Source: Escherichia phage EP335. From it: DNA of 64,000 nt. The notes below the pieces were generated by a model that made no database searches, had not been told where the DNA came from, and was given only the letters and a program-made list of their open reading frames with translations. The position numbers and the translations under genes were made by a program. Position 1 is the stretch's first letter. Every line of letters starts with the position of its first letter. Below are positions 36,752 through 47,137 of the stretch, piece after piece. The stretch lies in sequence record MG748548. One strand, 5' to 3'.

Positions 36752-38535
36752 GGGCTTTTCTCTCCATCTTGAGCAAGAAGTGATGCTGCATCCTCTCCAT
36801 TTGTCAGCGAGAATGGATTTTCTTCATCAATTTCATGATCTTCACGCTCAAGCAACCGTCCCGTCTCTCCTACATACTTCGTATAGCACACCCCTGTTTG
36901 TCCATAGTTACGCTCTTTGAGGAGTCGTATAATGGATAGGTTCTTAGCCAGACCATCTGCTTGTTTGTCACGTTCAAAACCGATGATACATTGACACCAA
37001 CGCATAAGAGAACGAGAACCAGTAAACTGTACCTCTCGAACCTGACCACCTTCTTCATGAGGTGCACCACCTGCCGGAGCATTAAGATGAGATAGCACGA
37101 ATGCTGTGAAGTTTAATTCTTGACACATACCAGCAAGCTCTGAAGCAATCTTACTGATTTCAGTGTTAATCTCTGAAGGTGTTAAATGGGATACCAGAGC
37201 GGTAATGTTATCAAGGATGATAAACTTACACTGGTTTTCAACAACCCAGAAACGGATACACTGTTTAATGTCGGCCCATTCATTCTGACCAAAGTTATCA
37301 TAGAGGAAGAATTTATCTGCATATCGAAGAGCTTCGTTACGCAATGTATCTTCATCATACTCAACATCAGGTCTGTGGAAAGGAATAGATGCTGACTTAC
37401 CTGCAATATTCTTAACGGACATTCCGACCTTCTCTTCCAAGAAGAATCCACCACCATTAAAACCATGCTCAAGACAAAGCCAAGCAACCAGTTCATGTGC
37501 AATCAATGTTTTACCAGAGCCTACACCTCCACCAATTGCTACCATCTCTCCCCAACGAATACCGTAGGTCATCTCATTAAGAGTCTTCCACGGATATGGG
37601 ATACCCCACTCTGCTTTCTTCAGAGCATCATCTAAGCAATCAAAAACAGTTACAGCACCAGCTGGGGATTCCCGCTTCGCTGAATATTTAAGAATGTTAA
37701 ACAACTCCTGACCACGACCAGAGAGGAGCATATCATTCGCATCTTTAAGCTCTTTCTCAACACCGTTGTACTGGAAAGAACCTTTAGGAATACGAGCAAA
37801 CTTCACATGGGGGAACAGAGCACGCCCTTTGGTAAGAGCAATCTCACCAGCATCATCGTTGTCCATACAGAGAACAACCTCTTCAAAACCATTCAAGAAC
37901 TCACGGTTGCGAGATAAAACGGAAGAGATTGACCCTGCACCGAAGGGTAAAGAGACGCACGCTGGTTTAATATTTGTTGCATTTGTAAAAGCTGTAAGAA
38001 CATGGAAACCAGACATGCAAGACAAAGGGTCTTCAAAGATGAAGAGCTTCTTATTGTACACATCTCCACGTTTAGCCTGTGCCATACCAAACAAATCAGC
38101 TTCTTTCACACTACCGATGTAATAAAACTTTTTACTATCAAGTAGTTTAACCTCATAACCAACAATGTTTCCATCACGTTCACGAGGGAAGAAGTAACTG
38201 TCTGGTGTCTGACCATCAGTTTGACTGAGACCGATACGACATTCAAAACGCTCTGATACAGCTTTAGGGATTAATCGACGAGTGAGTTCTCCTTGAGGTA
38301 ACTCCAAGCAATCATCCAAGACTTCTCGAAGTTCTTCAGGGGACAGCTCTTTCTTTTCGTTTGGTGTAGGTGTCGTGCCTTTCTCAAAGACTTCGTAATT
38401 ACCACACCGGTTACAACTACCCCACTCTTCACCGGATTCCTCATTACGGAAGAGAATCATGTGATTGTGGGTTTTATCACGACCATGAGAGATGCACTCT
38501 TTACAGCCTGTATCTCCCAAAATGATCTTTGACAT
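36745..38535 (-). CDS. Primase-helicase (T7 gp4-like)
   Basis: N-terminal zinc-binding Cys cluster, [15 protein letters not shown], DnaB-family Walker [10 protein letters not shown]. Confidence 0.9.
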   Translation of the reverse strand: MSKIILGDTGCKECISHGRDKTHNHMILFRNEESGEEWGSCNRCGNYEVFEKGTTPTPNEKKELSPEELREVLDDCLELPQGELTRRLIPKAVSERFECRIGLSQTDGQTPDSYFFPRERDGNIVGYEVKLLDSKKFYYIGSVKEADLFGMAQAKRGDVYNKKLFIFEDPLSCMSGFHVLTAFTNATNIKPACVSLPFGAGSISSVLSRNREFLNGFEEVVLCMDNDDAGEIALTKGRALFPHVKFARIPKGSFQYNGVEKELKDANDMLLSGRGQELFNILKYSAKRESPAGAVTVFDCLDDALKKAEWGIPYPWKTLNEMTYGIRWGEMVAIGGGVGSGKTLIAHELVAWLCLEHGFNGGGFFLEEKVGMSVKNIAGKSASIPFHRPDVEYDEDTLRNEALRYADKFFLYDNFGQNEWADIKQCIRFWVVENQCKFIILDNITALVSHLTPSEINTEISKIASELAGMCQELNFTAFVLSHLNAPAGGAPHEEGGQVREVQFTGSRSLMRWCQCIIGFERDKQADGLAKNLSIIRLLKERNYGQTGVCYTKYVGETGRLLEREDHEIDEENPFSLTNGEDAASLLAQDGEKSPW

Positions 38536-38572
38536 GCTCTATCCTCCTTGGATTCTCCTTGAGCAAACTACC

Positions 38573-38782
38573 TTACTTATAAAAACTTCGAATCATGTCC
38601 CAGATTTCTTCCTGCTGGACCCTAAAGAAAGCTAAACGTGTCGATGTACGTTCAATAAATTCTTCACTATGCTTTTCTCTATCTAGCATACTGACAAGCT
38701 TTTCATATTTATTGATCTTCCATCGCATTTTTAAATAGTCTGATTCCAGTGTCCTTAACCTCTGACACTCAATCAAACCCAT
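38573..38782 (-). CDS. Hypothetical protein
   Basis: 69-aa ORF. Confidence 0.4.
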   Translation of the reverse strand: MGLIECQRLRTLESDYLKMRWKINKYEKLVSMLDREKHSEEFIERTSTRLAFFRVQQEEIWDMIRSFYK

Positions 38783-39201
38783 TAGTTATCCTCTGACAGA
38801 TAAAGAGACCAGTCACCAGATTCAACCAGCTCATCCTGCTCTTCATCGATGTGATAAATCCAAGCAGTGATAGTTTCACCACTATCCATTACAACTTCGA
38901 TAGGAGTACGCTTATAGAAAGTGTGTGGGTTGTCATTACCGCGATGCCCTTCCAGCATATCATAAGCACCCTCAACACCATCCATATCCGTCTTAAATAC
39001 TTCAACACGAACAGGTTTACCGTTGCTGTTGTGTTCCAGAGAAACACTTGGGAAGTATGAACCACCGTAGCGGTACAAGTTGTAGTTTTCTTTAGTGAAG
39101 CCTTCACCAATTGATTCAGCACCTGCACGAGCATTCACTCGGAAGTTGGCCTGACCAGTGCGAAGAGAACCGTAAGTTGCTACATAAATTACTTCTGACA
39201 T
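38782..39201 (-). CDS. Gamma-glutamyl cyclotransferase-like (AIG2/GGCT family) protein
   Basis: N-terminal VATYGSLRTGQ (YGSL motif) and downstream AYDMLEG with conserved Glu. Confidence 0.6.
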   Translation of the reverse strand: MSEVIYVATYGSLRTGQANFRVNARAGAESIGEGFTKENYNLYRYGGSYFPSVSLEHNSNGKPVRVEVFKTDMDGVEGAYDMLEGHRGNDNPHTFYKRTPIEVVMDSGETITAWIYHIDEEQDELVESGDWSLYLSEDN

Positions 39202-39202
39202 T

Positions 39203-39412
39203 TTAAATACCTTTCCAATCGTTCATGATTTTTTCAATATAAGCACACTGTTGATCAGTGGCACCTGTTACAAATATTTCACACCCTAACTGTTCACAGA
39301 AAGGATTGAGTATTAAGATTTGAGATTTACCATATGAGTGATGCTCTCTGTAAATAACACAACCAGCATCCCAAACTGAATCTAATGCCTTACTTAACCT
39401 TTTGTGTTTCAT
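39203..39412 (-). CDS. Hypothetical protein
   Basis: 69-aa ORF. Confidence 0.4.
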   Translation of the reverse strand: MKHKRLSKALDSVWDAGCVIYREHHSYGKSQILILNPFCEQLGCEIFVTGATDQQCAYIEKIMNDWKGI

Positions 39413-39468
39413 ACAGTCTCCAGTTAATCCGAACTAGCCTCCTCTTTCGAAGAAGCTAGAGCAGATTG

Positions 39469-39651
39469 CTATGCTGTGAAGTTTTTGATTACACCGCAAA
39501 TAACATCTGTTTCAAACGTACCCACCAGAACATCGTCTCGGTAGAAATTAATCGCTTTACCATCTCGGTTAAAGTGATCTGCTTCAATGAGCATAGATTG
39601 TACCTGACCATCTGGGGTGGAGGTTCGAAAGATGACGTTATACTGACTCAT
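39469..39651 (-). CDS. Hypothetical protein
   Basis: 60-aa ORF. Confidence 0.35.
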   Translation of the reverse strand: MSQYNVIFRTSTPDGQVQSMLIEADHFNRDGKAINFYRDDVLVGTFETDVICGVIKNFTA

Positions 39652-39890
39652 AAAGAAGTTACTCCCTTATCTTCTTGAGCGATAGAGATGATACGACTCA
39701 CACACTGCATTGAGTACTCATCACCACGCTTTAGGAACGTTACGATAGCAGAGAATTGATTACCAATCATCCGCTCATTTGTAATACCGAACTCTTTGCA
39801 GAGTTCTTTCAGTTTGCTACGAGAACCAATAATCAGAGGTTCTTTTTCTTCAGTCATTCCACGACTAATCAAATCTTCAATAGACAACAT
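39648..39890 (-). CDS. Hypothetical protein
   Basis: 80-aa ORF; start coupled to neighbours. Confidence 0.4.
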   Translation of the reverse strand: MLSIEDLISRGMTEEKEPLIIGSRSKLKELCKEFGITNERMIGNQFSAIVTFLKRGDEYSMQCVSRIISIAQEDKGVTSL

Positions 39891-39913
39891 AATTCCATTC
39901 CTTGGGGGTTTAA

Positions 39914-41131
39914 TTAAAAGTTTACTGCTTCACCATCAACGGTAGTTACTGATGCAAGACGACGAACACGGCCAATCTGTTCACGACTGATTGGAGTATT
40001 CCAACCAGAGCGATAGAAGTTGCGACCACAGAAGAACACAACAACATTAGAAGCAATCCGTCCGTAGTTACGATCAGGGTGATTGATGTTAGCAAGATAA
40101 TAACCACGGGTCAAGTTTGCATTTTCGTTGATATGCCGAGCATTTGGTGCAGTTGTTTCAGCTTGCATCATTTCAGGAACATCTTCTACGATAGGCTCAA
40201 CCGTAGGTTCATCACCAGCTAAAGCAAAGTTCTCATCAGCAGCCTCTTCTGCATCATCTTCCAGCTCCACAGTTTCCTGAATAACTGGCAGAGGGTATGC
40301 TACACGATACTCAGGGTTTTGACCACGGAGAGATTCAACATACTGCAAGAAGTTGTGCTGGTAAGTTTCCAGAGTTGTACCAGTCAGGCCCGGAGCGGTA
40401 TTAACTTCTAACACCCACGCTTCCTCACCTTTACTGATAAGATCAACAGCACCAAAGTTAAGACCGAGTGCTTGTACTGCTTTGTGCGCTTGAATTAGAA
40501 CCTGATCAGGTGGTGAATCATTAAAAGAGTTGGAATAAACCCAACCAGTGTGGTGATTACGAACATCTTCACGATAGTCAGGGTTATCACGATACCCATT
40601 ACGACGAATCTTCTTCTGGACGTAAGTAATAACACCTTCAAAAACATGCACACGCCATTCACGACGTGGACCAGTGATTGCTTTTGTATACAGAGGAGCC
40701 TCAGCAACACCCTCACGAGGAAGACGAACAGTGATGCCTTCACCAGAGTGACCATTAAGTACACCACGTTCGTAAACAATACTGTTTTGGTTCCAGTTAA
40801 GTGCTTCATCTCGGTTAGTGGTATACTCAACAGTCTTGACTTCCGCAAGACGCATGGCATTGAAAGCTGCAACCTTGTTAGCCGCACGATTCAATGCTGC
40901 TACGTTGTTCAGAACCGTTGCACCTTCGAAGAAGGATTCTTGATAACGACGGTTTCCATAGTTGATAATCACGTCACCAGAACGAGCACGGAATCGGCTG
41001 GTTCCATCAGACAGAAGAGCCATTGCGTTGGCATTGATTCGGTTGTCACGGAGATGTTGATTCAAGCTGGATACCAGAGCATTAACAGAATCAGAAGGGC
41101 CATAAGGGAGAACACGGATACGAGTAGTCAT
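39914..41131 (-). CDS. ATP-grasp domain ligase
   Basis: WVLEVNTAPGL matches the ATP-grasp E-x-N-x-x-PG loop; 405 aa. Confidence 0.7.
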   Translation of the reverse strand: MTTRIRVLPYGPSDSVNALVSSLNQHLRDNRINANAMALLSDGTSRFRARSGDVIINYGNRRYQESFFEGATVLNNVAALNRAANKVAAFNAMRLAEVKTVEYTTNRDEALNWNQNSIVYERGVLNGHSGEGITVRLPREGVAEAPLYTKAITGPRREWRVHVFEGVITYVQKKIRRNGYRDNPDYREDVRNHHTGWVYSNSFNDSPPDQVLIQAHKAVQALGLNFGAVDLISKGEEAWVLEVNTAPGLTGTTLETYQHNFLQYVESLRGQNPEYRVAYPLPVIQETVELEDDAEEAADENFALAGDEPTVEPIVEDVPEMMQAETTAPNARHINENANLTRGYYLANINHPDRNYGRIASNVVVFFCGRNFYRSGWNTPISREQIGRVRRLASVTTVDGEAVNF

Positions 41132-41133
41132 TT

Positions 41134-41367
41134 TTAGATACCTTTAAGTTTAAGAATTTCGTTGCGAGTACGTTGGATACGTTCTTCAAGAGTATGATAA
41201 TCAAAGATGCACATCTCTTCTGCTTCATCAGAAGGTGCATCCATTAAACCCATAGCAATCGGATACACCTTTCGCTGTTCCGTTGTCATGTCCTGTAGCC
41301 GGAGTCGTTGATACTCCAGCAGGGTAATTTTCGGCTTGTTAGTTTCCTTGCTTGACATGAGGCTCAA
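41134..41367 (-). CDS. Hypothetical protein
   Basis: 77-aa ORF. Confidence 0.4.
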   Translation of the reverse strand: MSLMSSKETNKPKITLLEYQRLRLQDMTTEQRKVYPIAMGLMDAPSDEAEEMCIFDYHTLEERIQRTRNEILKLKGI

Positions 41368-41572
41368 CCTTGATACCTTTCAGTTTCACATAGTCAGCCA
41401 GCACGTTGTTAATAACTGTTGGGAAAGGAATCTCAACAGGTGCATTAACTAACCCACCAATACCCTCTTGCATCCACTTCTGGATTGCACGAAGGTTATC
41501 ACATCCTGTGCTTGTCATTGGAATACGGCGAGTGGTTACAACGTTATCCAACATCATCTTACGAATTTCCAT
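41339..41572 (-). CDS. Hypothetical protein
   Basis: 77-aa ORF. Confidence 0.4.
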   Translation of the reverse strand: MEIRKMMLDNVVTTRRIPMTSTGCDNLRAIQKWMQEGIGGLVNAPVEIPFPTVINNVLADYVKLKGIKVEPHVKQGN

Positions 41573-41582
41573 AATACACCTC

Positions 41583-43601
41583 TTAATTATGACCTTTACA
41601 GTGCACTGAATCGCACACCACTTGATTGGTATTGTTTAGTGTGCAGAGTTCTGCATCACGCCACGGAATCTTTTTAAAACAGACTGCACAAAACCCAAGA
41701 GTAGACCAGAGGGCTTTTGTGAAGGTTGCTGATCGGTTTCCATCGAAGGACGCAACTGTTCTGGTAATTGAGACTTTTGACTCACGAAAGGTTTCCGCTG
41801 CTGGAGCGGGTTCCTCCTTTGGGGTAGTCACTGCAATAGCATAAACACCACCCCAACGCTTCTCAATGTAAGCACCGAACACATCTTCCAGAGTGATTTC
41901 ACTCTTACGTTTGGTTGAGGATTCCATGACAATCATGTTGTCCAGAATCTTTTGATCAACACGAAGAGCTACTTCAGGACGTCGAGCACTTGTTGTATCA
42001 ACATACTTGGTCCAAACATAACCCTCTTTCAGAGTGACTTGAGTTGCTTGCTTCTTTGCTTTATTAGCACAGATTTTACAAACATCGTCACCACGAAGTT
42101 TACTGAACTCTTCATCAAATTCAAAGTCAGACTTCACTTCGCCGCACACTGAACAAACGCCGATAGGAATCTCATCCTCTTCAACGTCTTCCACTTGCTT
42201 CTGGATAGAATCAAAACAAGCTTTATGCCAATATGCTTGGTATGCGAAGATCGCACTTGGTGCTTCTTTCCAGTCAATGTGCTTATCACATCCACCACAA
42301 TCACCGTGGGAATGGGCTTCCCAGAACTTACGAGTGATAGTCACCCCATTCTTGCTGACAAAACTATCCTCTGCATCAAAAGGGATATCATCATCGAAAT
42401 CAGCTGTAGTGCTTTCCGGCTCCTTTTTCGACAAGTCAAAGAAGTGACCAGAGATCAACACCAAACGAATCATGCTATTAACTTCAGAGATACAGCCAAC
42501 CGTACCACGGTAAACCATATGCTTGTTCTTAAGAGCAGCTTCGTAATCAGTTTGCAGGATGTTATGAACATCACCCTCAATATACTCTTGAGCTTTGTCA
42601 TCATAAATATAACCAACCATCTTACCGCGATCGGTATCTTTATAACAAACAAACTCGTGAGGAATAATATCAACCTGCATATCACGACGGACATCAACAC
42701 CTTTGTCAGAGGCGATCTTGTTTTGTTTCAAGATTGCTTCACGACGACGTACATCACCTGCGGTTACGCCGGGCTTTCTTTGCTCGTCGCTGTTCCCGTT
42801 TACGTAACTTTTTGTCACGCTTGAGTGATTGTTGCTGTAGCTGTTCGAGTAATAACTTCCCCAACGCGTTGCTACCGTAAAAACCGGGAGTTCATGTACG
42901 ACCTCCTCTACCAAAGTCATCTTGTTGTCAGAAACATCAAAGATGTACTCTGTACCGACTTTACACTCAAAGTGCTCATCAATTCGGTTCTTGTGGCTCT
43001 TAGAACGCTGAAGAATCCACATTAGCATCGCTTCTTCTGAAGCACCAAACCATGAAGTTCCCAGACGGGCCAGATGGAAAGGACGTTCATCGTTACGAAT
43101 GATGTGAAGACGGTTATCACTTGCATCATGCCAGATTAGAGTGAATGCACCATCCAACTTCTGAATAGTCTCTGCTGCACCAATCTTGTTAATAGAGTGG
43201 CAGATGTTCTCACTATCAACCTCAAAAGCCTTACTGTCAGGCAGAAGGTCTTGATCAACTAAGGTTCCGTTATGAACCAGAGTAATATTTCCGTGAGAGA
43301 ATGGGTGAGCGTTACGTGAGTTAATAGCGCCTTTCGTAGCATGTCGGCTGTGACCAACAATCCATGAAGGAGGCACTGTGTAATTAGTAAGGCCAGTTGT
43401 CAGCTCGGTGTACTCTTTCTGTAACATGAAAGCATAGGAAGGCAGTGCTTCTTTGTAAGAGAACACAGATCTTTCGCTTTTACGCTGACCGAAAATACCA
43501 GTTGAGTGTTGACCACGAAATACACCAGCATAAAGAAGCTGGTTGTAAATATCTAAGTCATAACTTGAGAGGCTTCCACCTGCTAATACGATACCACAAA
43601 T
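41583..43601 (-). CDS. Class II (Ntn-hydrolase) glutamine amidotransferase domain protein with Cys-rich C-terminal extension; probable non-canonical ATT start
   Basis: Frame stays open 45 codons above the track start; first codons after the in-frame TAG are AAA ATT TGT GGT ATC (K-I-CGIV..., classic Ntn Cys1 context); AGGTGG sits 8 nt upstream of ATT; GHSRHATKG...NAHPF...LVHNG follows. Confidence 0.65.
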   Translation of the reverse strand: MCGIVLAGGSLSSYDLDIYNQLLYAGVFRGQHSTGIFGQRKSERSVFSYKEALPSYAFMLQKEYTELTTGLTNYTVPPSWIVGHSRHATKGAINSRNAHPFSHGNITLVHNGTLVDQDLLPDSKAFEVDSENICHSINKIGAAETIQKLDGAFTLIWHDASDNRLHIIRNDERPFHLARLGTSWFGASEEAMLMWILQRSKSHKNRIDEHFECKVGTEYIFDVSDNKMTLVEEVVHELPVFTVATRWGSYYSNSYSNNHSSVTKSYVNGNSDEQRKPGVTAGDVRRREAILKQNKIASDKGVDVRRDMQVDIIPHEFVCYKDTDRGKMVGYIYDDKAQEYIEGDVHNILQTDYEAALKNKHMVYRGTVGCISEVNSMIRLVLISGHFFDLSKKEPESTTADFDDDIPFDAEDSFVSKNGVTITRKFWEAHSHGDCGGCDKHIDWKEAPSAIFAYQAYWHKACFDSIQKQVEDVEEDEIPIGVCSVCGEVKSDFEFDEEFSKLRGDDVCKICANKAKKQATQVTLKEGYVWTKYVDTTSARRPEVALRVDQKILDNMIVMESSTKRKSEITLEDVFGAYIEKRWGGVYAIAVTTPKEEPAPAAETFRESKVSITRTVASFDGNRSATFTKALWSTLGFCAVCFKKIPWRDAELCTLNNTNQVVCDSVHCKGHN

Positions 43602-43675
43602 TTTCTAATCCACCTGAAGGGTAAACCCTTTCATCTAATTAACCTTTAGTTGTGCCCCTTTCGAGGCACCCATTG

Positions 43676-44776
43676 TTACAGCAGTCGTTCTAACTGAATT
43701 TCCAAGTGATCTGGAATATATTCAGTGACGTTGTTATCGGAGACGCCAGATTCACGCATCATGTTGAGCATGCTACGAATCTGTCCTTCTGTTGCTTCAC
43801 GAGTTTCACTAATCTCTGTTTCATACAGAGCCATGATCTCGTTATGAACATCTTGAGCATTACCACGGACATATCCGAGGAAGCCATAGAAGTCAGACAT
43901 ATCACGAAGGGATACAACTACCGACCCACTATTATCAAGAGTTTGTAAACGAATACGCCCAACCTGACGGACAGAACGATTACGACAGAACAGGATATCA
44001 CGAGCCAGACGATAACCACTATCAAGATCTTCGTGTCTTGGGGTGTAGTCTAGAGGTAGGTGAGGGAGCATAGGGTCAAAACGAACCCTGTTAAGCATCT
44101 CAACAAACTCTTCATTGTCCATCTCTGCATTTTCAACTGCTAATTTCTTAAGAACCAAGAAGCGGTTTACCAGATTTAACAGCTGACCTTTCTTCCACTT
44201 AGGCTCTGAGATACGGAACTCAACAGAACCGAACTGAGCCAGAGGAAGTAGGTTAAGTGATGTGTACTTATCCCAACGATCAACAATGTGTCGGAAGAAG
44301 TTCTCACCTTCGTAGTTAAATGCTTCAGAAGCATTCATTACTTGAGCCTGCACTACCGCAAAAGCAGGACAGAAATTACTACGGTAACGGTGATAACCAG
44401 AGCACTTAAACATCAATGCTTCATAGAAAGTCCACCCAAGGATAACTTTCTTAACGATATTGCTATCAGCATCTCGCATATCCATATGAACGTGAGTGGA
44501 ACAGCGCCAAGTCCCTTCTGCTTCGGACTCCATCACTGCCTCACTCAGATTGTTGATAGCGTCAAACAGTTCTACACCATTGTAAGGGCGAGAACAGACC
44601 ATTTCACATCCGTTGCGAAGCGAGCCATCCTCTGTACATTCCCACATATCTGCTTCGATATGATCGTCACCTTCAAGCTCCAGCTCAATACCAATACCGC
44701 ATTGGAATGCGATACTCGGATGTGCTTCACTCAGACGATTACTACGGTATCCAAAAGCTTGCGCTACAGTTGTCAT
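43676..44776 (-). CDS. Amidoligase (GCS2/YbdK-like carboxylate-amine ligase family)
   Basis: N-terminal GIGIELELEG and later STHVHMD resemble GCS2-type amidoligase blocks. Confidence 0.55.
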   Translation of the reverse strand: MTTVAQAFGYRSNRLSEAHPSIAFQCGIGIELELEGDDHIEADMWECTEDGSLRNGCEMVCSRPYNGVELFDAINNLSEAVMESEAEGTWRCSTHVHMDMRDADSNIVKKVILGWTFYEALMFKCSGYHRYRSNFCPAFAVVQAQVMNASEAFNYEGENFFRHIVDRWDKYTSLNLLPLAQFGSVEFRISEPKWKKGQLLNLVNRFLVLKKLAVENAEMDNEEFVEMLNRVRFDPMLPHLPLDYTPRHEDLDSGYRLARDILFCRNRSVRQVGRIRLQTLDNSGSVVVSLRDMSDFYGFLGYVRGNAQDVHNEIMALYETEISETREATEGQIRSMLNMMRESGVSDNNVTEYIPDHLEIQLERLL

Positions 44777-45387
44777 AACGACTCCACTAACTCCACAGTG
44801 TATTGGTTAAAATCACTTTGAATATGCTTGAACACATCAAGCAGTTGTACGGTCTGACGACCACGGCTGTCATGTCCAGCACCGAGAAGCACGCGACCAA
44901 CGTGTGCTCCTTTATAATAAACAAGACCATCGGAAGGGTTGATGAAGATAAAGCGAGTCAACAAACCTTCAAAAGATGGATTAAACAGGTTATAAACCAT
45001 CTCACCGGAGATGTTACGACCAAGAGAAGTTACGCCACGGAGTTTGTTACCCATCAACCCCTTAGCTCGCTGACGAACTGGATTGATATGGGTCCAACTT
45101 ACCATGTTACGACCATGTTGAAGATAACCAACATCAGGGGATTCCAGAATCAGGTTAGGGTTGAACACTCCAATCTGAACTGTTGTACGGTTAAACCCTG
45201 AGTCTGTTTTAACCCAACGCTCTGCTTCGAACATCAAAGCCATCTCTGCTTCGTGAGAGAAGTCATCACGAGAGAACTCGCCTTGTTGGAATACGTTCAT
45301 AACAAACAATGGGATGTTTAAGTTCCCACGTCTTTCAGCAATCCATGTCCCACAATAGTAATGAGAGAAGTCAGTTACTAAGCTCAC
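44773..45387 (-). CDS. Hypothetical protein inside the amidoligase cluster
   Basis: 204-aa ORF coupled to both neighbours. Confidence 0.45.
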   Translation of the reverse strand: MSLVTDFSHYYCGTWIAERRGNLNIPLFVMNVFQQGEFSRDDFSHEAEMALMFEAERWVKTDSGFNRTTVQIGVFNPNLILESPDVGYLQHGRNMVSWTHINPVRQRAKGLMGNKLRGVTSLGRNISGEMVYNLFNPSFEGLLTRFIFINPSDGLVYYKGAHVGRVLLGAGHDSRGRQTVQLLDVFKHIQSDFNQYTVELVESL

Positions 45388-45396
45388 GATAACCCC

Positions 45397-46284
45397 TTAC
45401 GCTACCTGTAAACGTTTCAAGAACACATCTGCTTCACGAACATCGTTGGTGTTGATGATCTGGTGCAGCTTTTCAATCGGAAGGCGAGAGTGGAGGCCCA
45501 TCAAGAACTCCATGTCGCTGTTTTGTACAACCTTGTCAACTTGATCATACACAAATTGACGATCTTCTTTCTTGCCAATCCAGAAGTTTGACAGAGAGCG
45601 ATACTCAATGCCATAAGGTTTGTAACGGATTGCGGATGCTTTACCGTATAGCTCTTTACGACGAGCATCACCGTCCATCAGAACAGCAGGCAATGACAGG
45701 AAGTAATCACACAGAACGCCCAGCATCATCTGAACCTTCTTATTCACATCCAGAGAGCCAGTGACACCGATATGCACATGACCGCCTGCTGTACGCAAGC
45801 CCTTGTTCTCTGAAGTTGGGGAAGCATTCTTTTGACCAGTGAATGCGTTGAAGTCTGGAGTACAACCAAACACGAAAGCGGACGGATGGAATGATTCCAA
45901 TTCTTCTTTAGAGAAGATATGAGAACTTACACCCAGAGCCGCTTCCATGTCCTGTTTCTTCAGAACTTCGTTGGTAAGATCAATACCACGCTGAACGTTG
46001 TCATTAAACGCTTCAAAACCTTGTTGTGGGTTGATATCAAATTCAGCAAGAACGTTGTCTTCTTGGAGACGAACATCCTTAGCCAGATCGATTTTATTTT
46101 CTTTAGAACAGCCCAGCTTTCCAGCAACAGAGGTGATGATGCCAGAAGAAGTACGAACAAACATTTCAGGGTCAGTGCCGATTAAAAAGATGCGCTTAGT
46201 CATTGTAGTATTCCACCAATTCTTTAAAGAGGGATGTGATTGTTTCTTTGTTGCTCTCTGTACTAGAGTCACAACGACTTTCAA
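45397..46284 (-). CDS. Second amidoligase-like protein (GCS2-like)
   Basis: IGTDPEMFV and GGHVHIGV in positions analogous to the first amidoligase. Confidence 0.5.
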   Translation of the reverse strand: MKVVVTLVQRATKKQSHPSLKNWWNTTMTKRIFLIGTDPEMFVRTSSGIITSVAGKLGCSKENKIDLAKDVRLQEDNVLAEFDINPQQGFEAFNDNVQRGIDLTNEVLKKQDMEAALGVSSHIFSKEELESFHPSAFVFGCTPDFNAFTGQKNASPTSENKGLRTAGGHVHIGVTGSLDVNKKVQMMLGVLCDYFLSLPAVLMDGDARRKELYGKASAIRYKPYGIEYRSLSNFWIGKKEDRQFVYDQVDKVVQNSDMEFLMGLHSRLPIEKLHQIINTNDVREADVFLKRLQVA

Positions 46285-47125
46285 TACGTTCTAAGAAACC
46301 ATTTACACTGATGTTAGAAATCTTTTCATCAAGAGATGAACGTTTCCAACCAGTGCTCATAGACCAAACTCTCAAAAAGGTACTCATTGAAGAGTACATC
46401 TCTGCGTTTTGGTTTCGACGACGAGCAATACGACGAAGGGCTGCACGGTCATGGTTTCGGATATACCCTGATGTGTTATCACCTTCTCCAACTTTGTTTT
46501 GCAACCAAACATCGGTTGAAAACTCATCTGTATTGCAAATGATCGGAAGAAATGCAAATGCTGGTAAGTCGTGCGGTAAGTAGATAGATGTTGATTCATC
46601 AGTGGAATCATTAACTCTATCAAAGTTAAGCTCCCCAAAGAAATCCTTACTTACCCCAGCAAGAGCTAGAGCTAATCCAACACGACGACGGAATAGCCAT
46701 TCTTCTCTATCATCAACTCCCTCTGAAAGAAAATCCATAGATTCATACTCGCAATCGAGATAACTACGGAAAGTCATTAGTCCTGTAAAAACTTTATCTG
46801 CTGCGTGTTCACGAAGATCAACCTCTACACTATTAGCAGAAGTGATTGTGAACATATCTTTGTACATAGAACAGGAGTTTAGTACATCAGCAGTATCCAA
46901 CAAATGAGACTCAATCTCATCCATGTTGCAGTGAGGCCAGTAGTTAATCTTACCCATGTGTGCTGTGAAGTTATCTAAGCTGGTTCGATTACTCAGGCCA
47001 TTAATATCACGAGTGCTGAAGTTGTGCATAGAGTTGTGGATACCGAAACAGACTCGGCTCGTAAAACTCTGCTCACCCACCATATCACTAACTTCTACAG
47101 GAGCTAATGTTGTGGAAATTGCCAT
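46196..47125 (-). CDS. Hypothetical protein
   Basis: 309-aa ORF; 5' end overlaps the preceding gene, start uncertain. Confidence 0.45.
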   Translation of the reverse strand: MAISTTLAPVEVSDMVGEQSFTSRVCFGIHNSMHNFSTRDINGLSNRTSLDNFTAHMGKINYWPHCNMDEIESHLLDTADVLNSCSMYKDMFTITSANSVEVDLREHAADKVFTGLMTFRSYLDCEYESMDFLSEGVDDREEWLFRRRVGLALALAGVSKDFFGELNFDRVNDSTDESTSIYLPHDLPAFAFLPIICNTDEFSTDVWLQNKVGEGDNTSGYIRNHDRAALRRIARRRNQNAEMYSSMSTFLRVWSMSTGWKRSSLDEKISNISVNGFLERIESRCDSSTESNKETITSLFKELVEYYND

Positions 47126-47137
47126 TGTCTTTAACCT

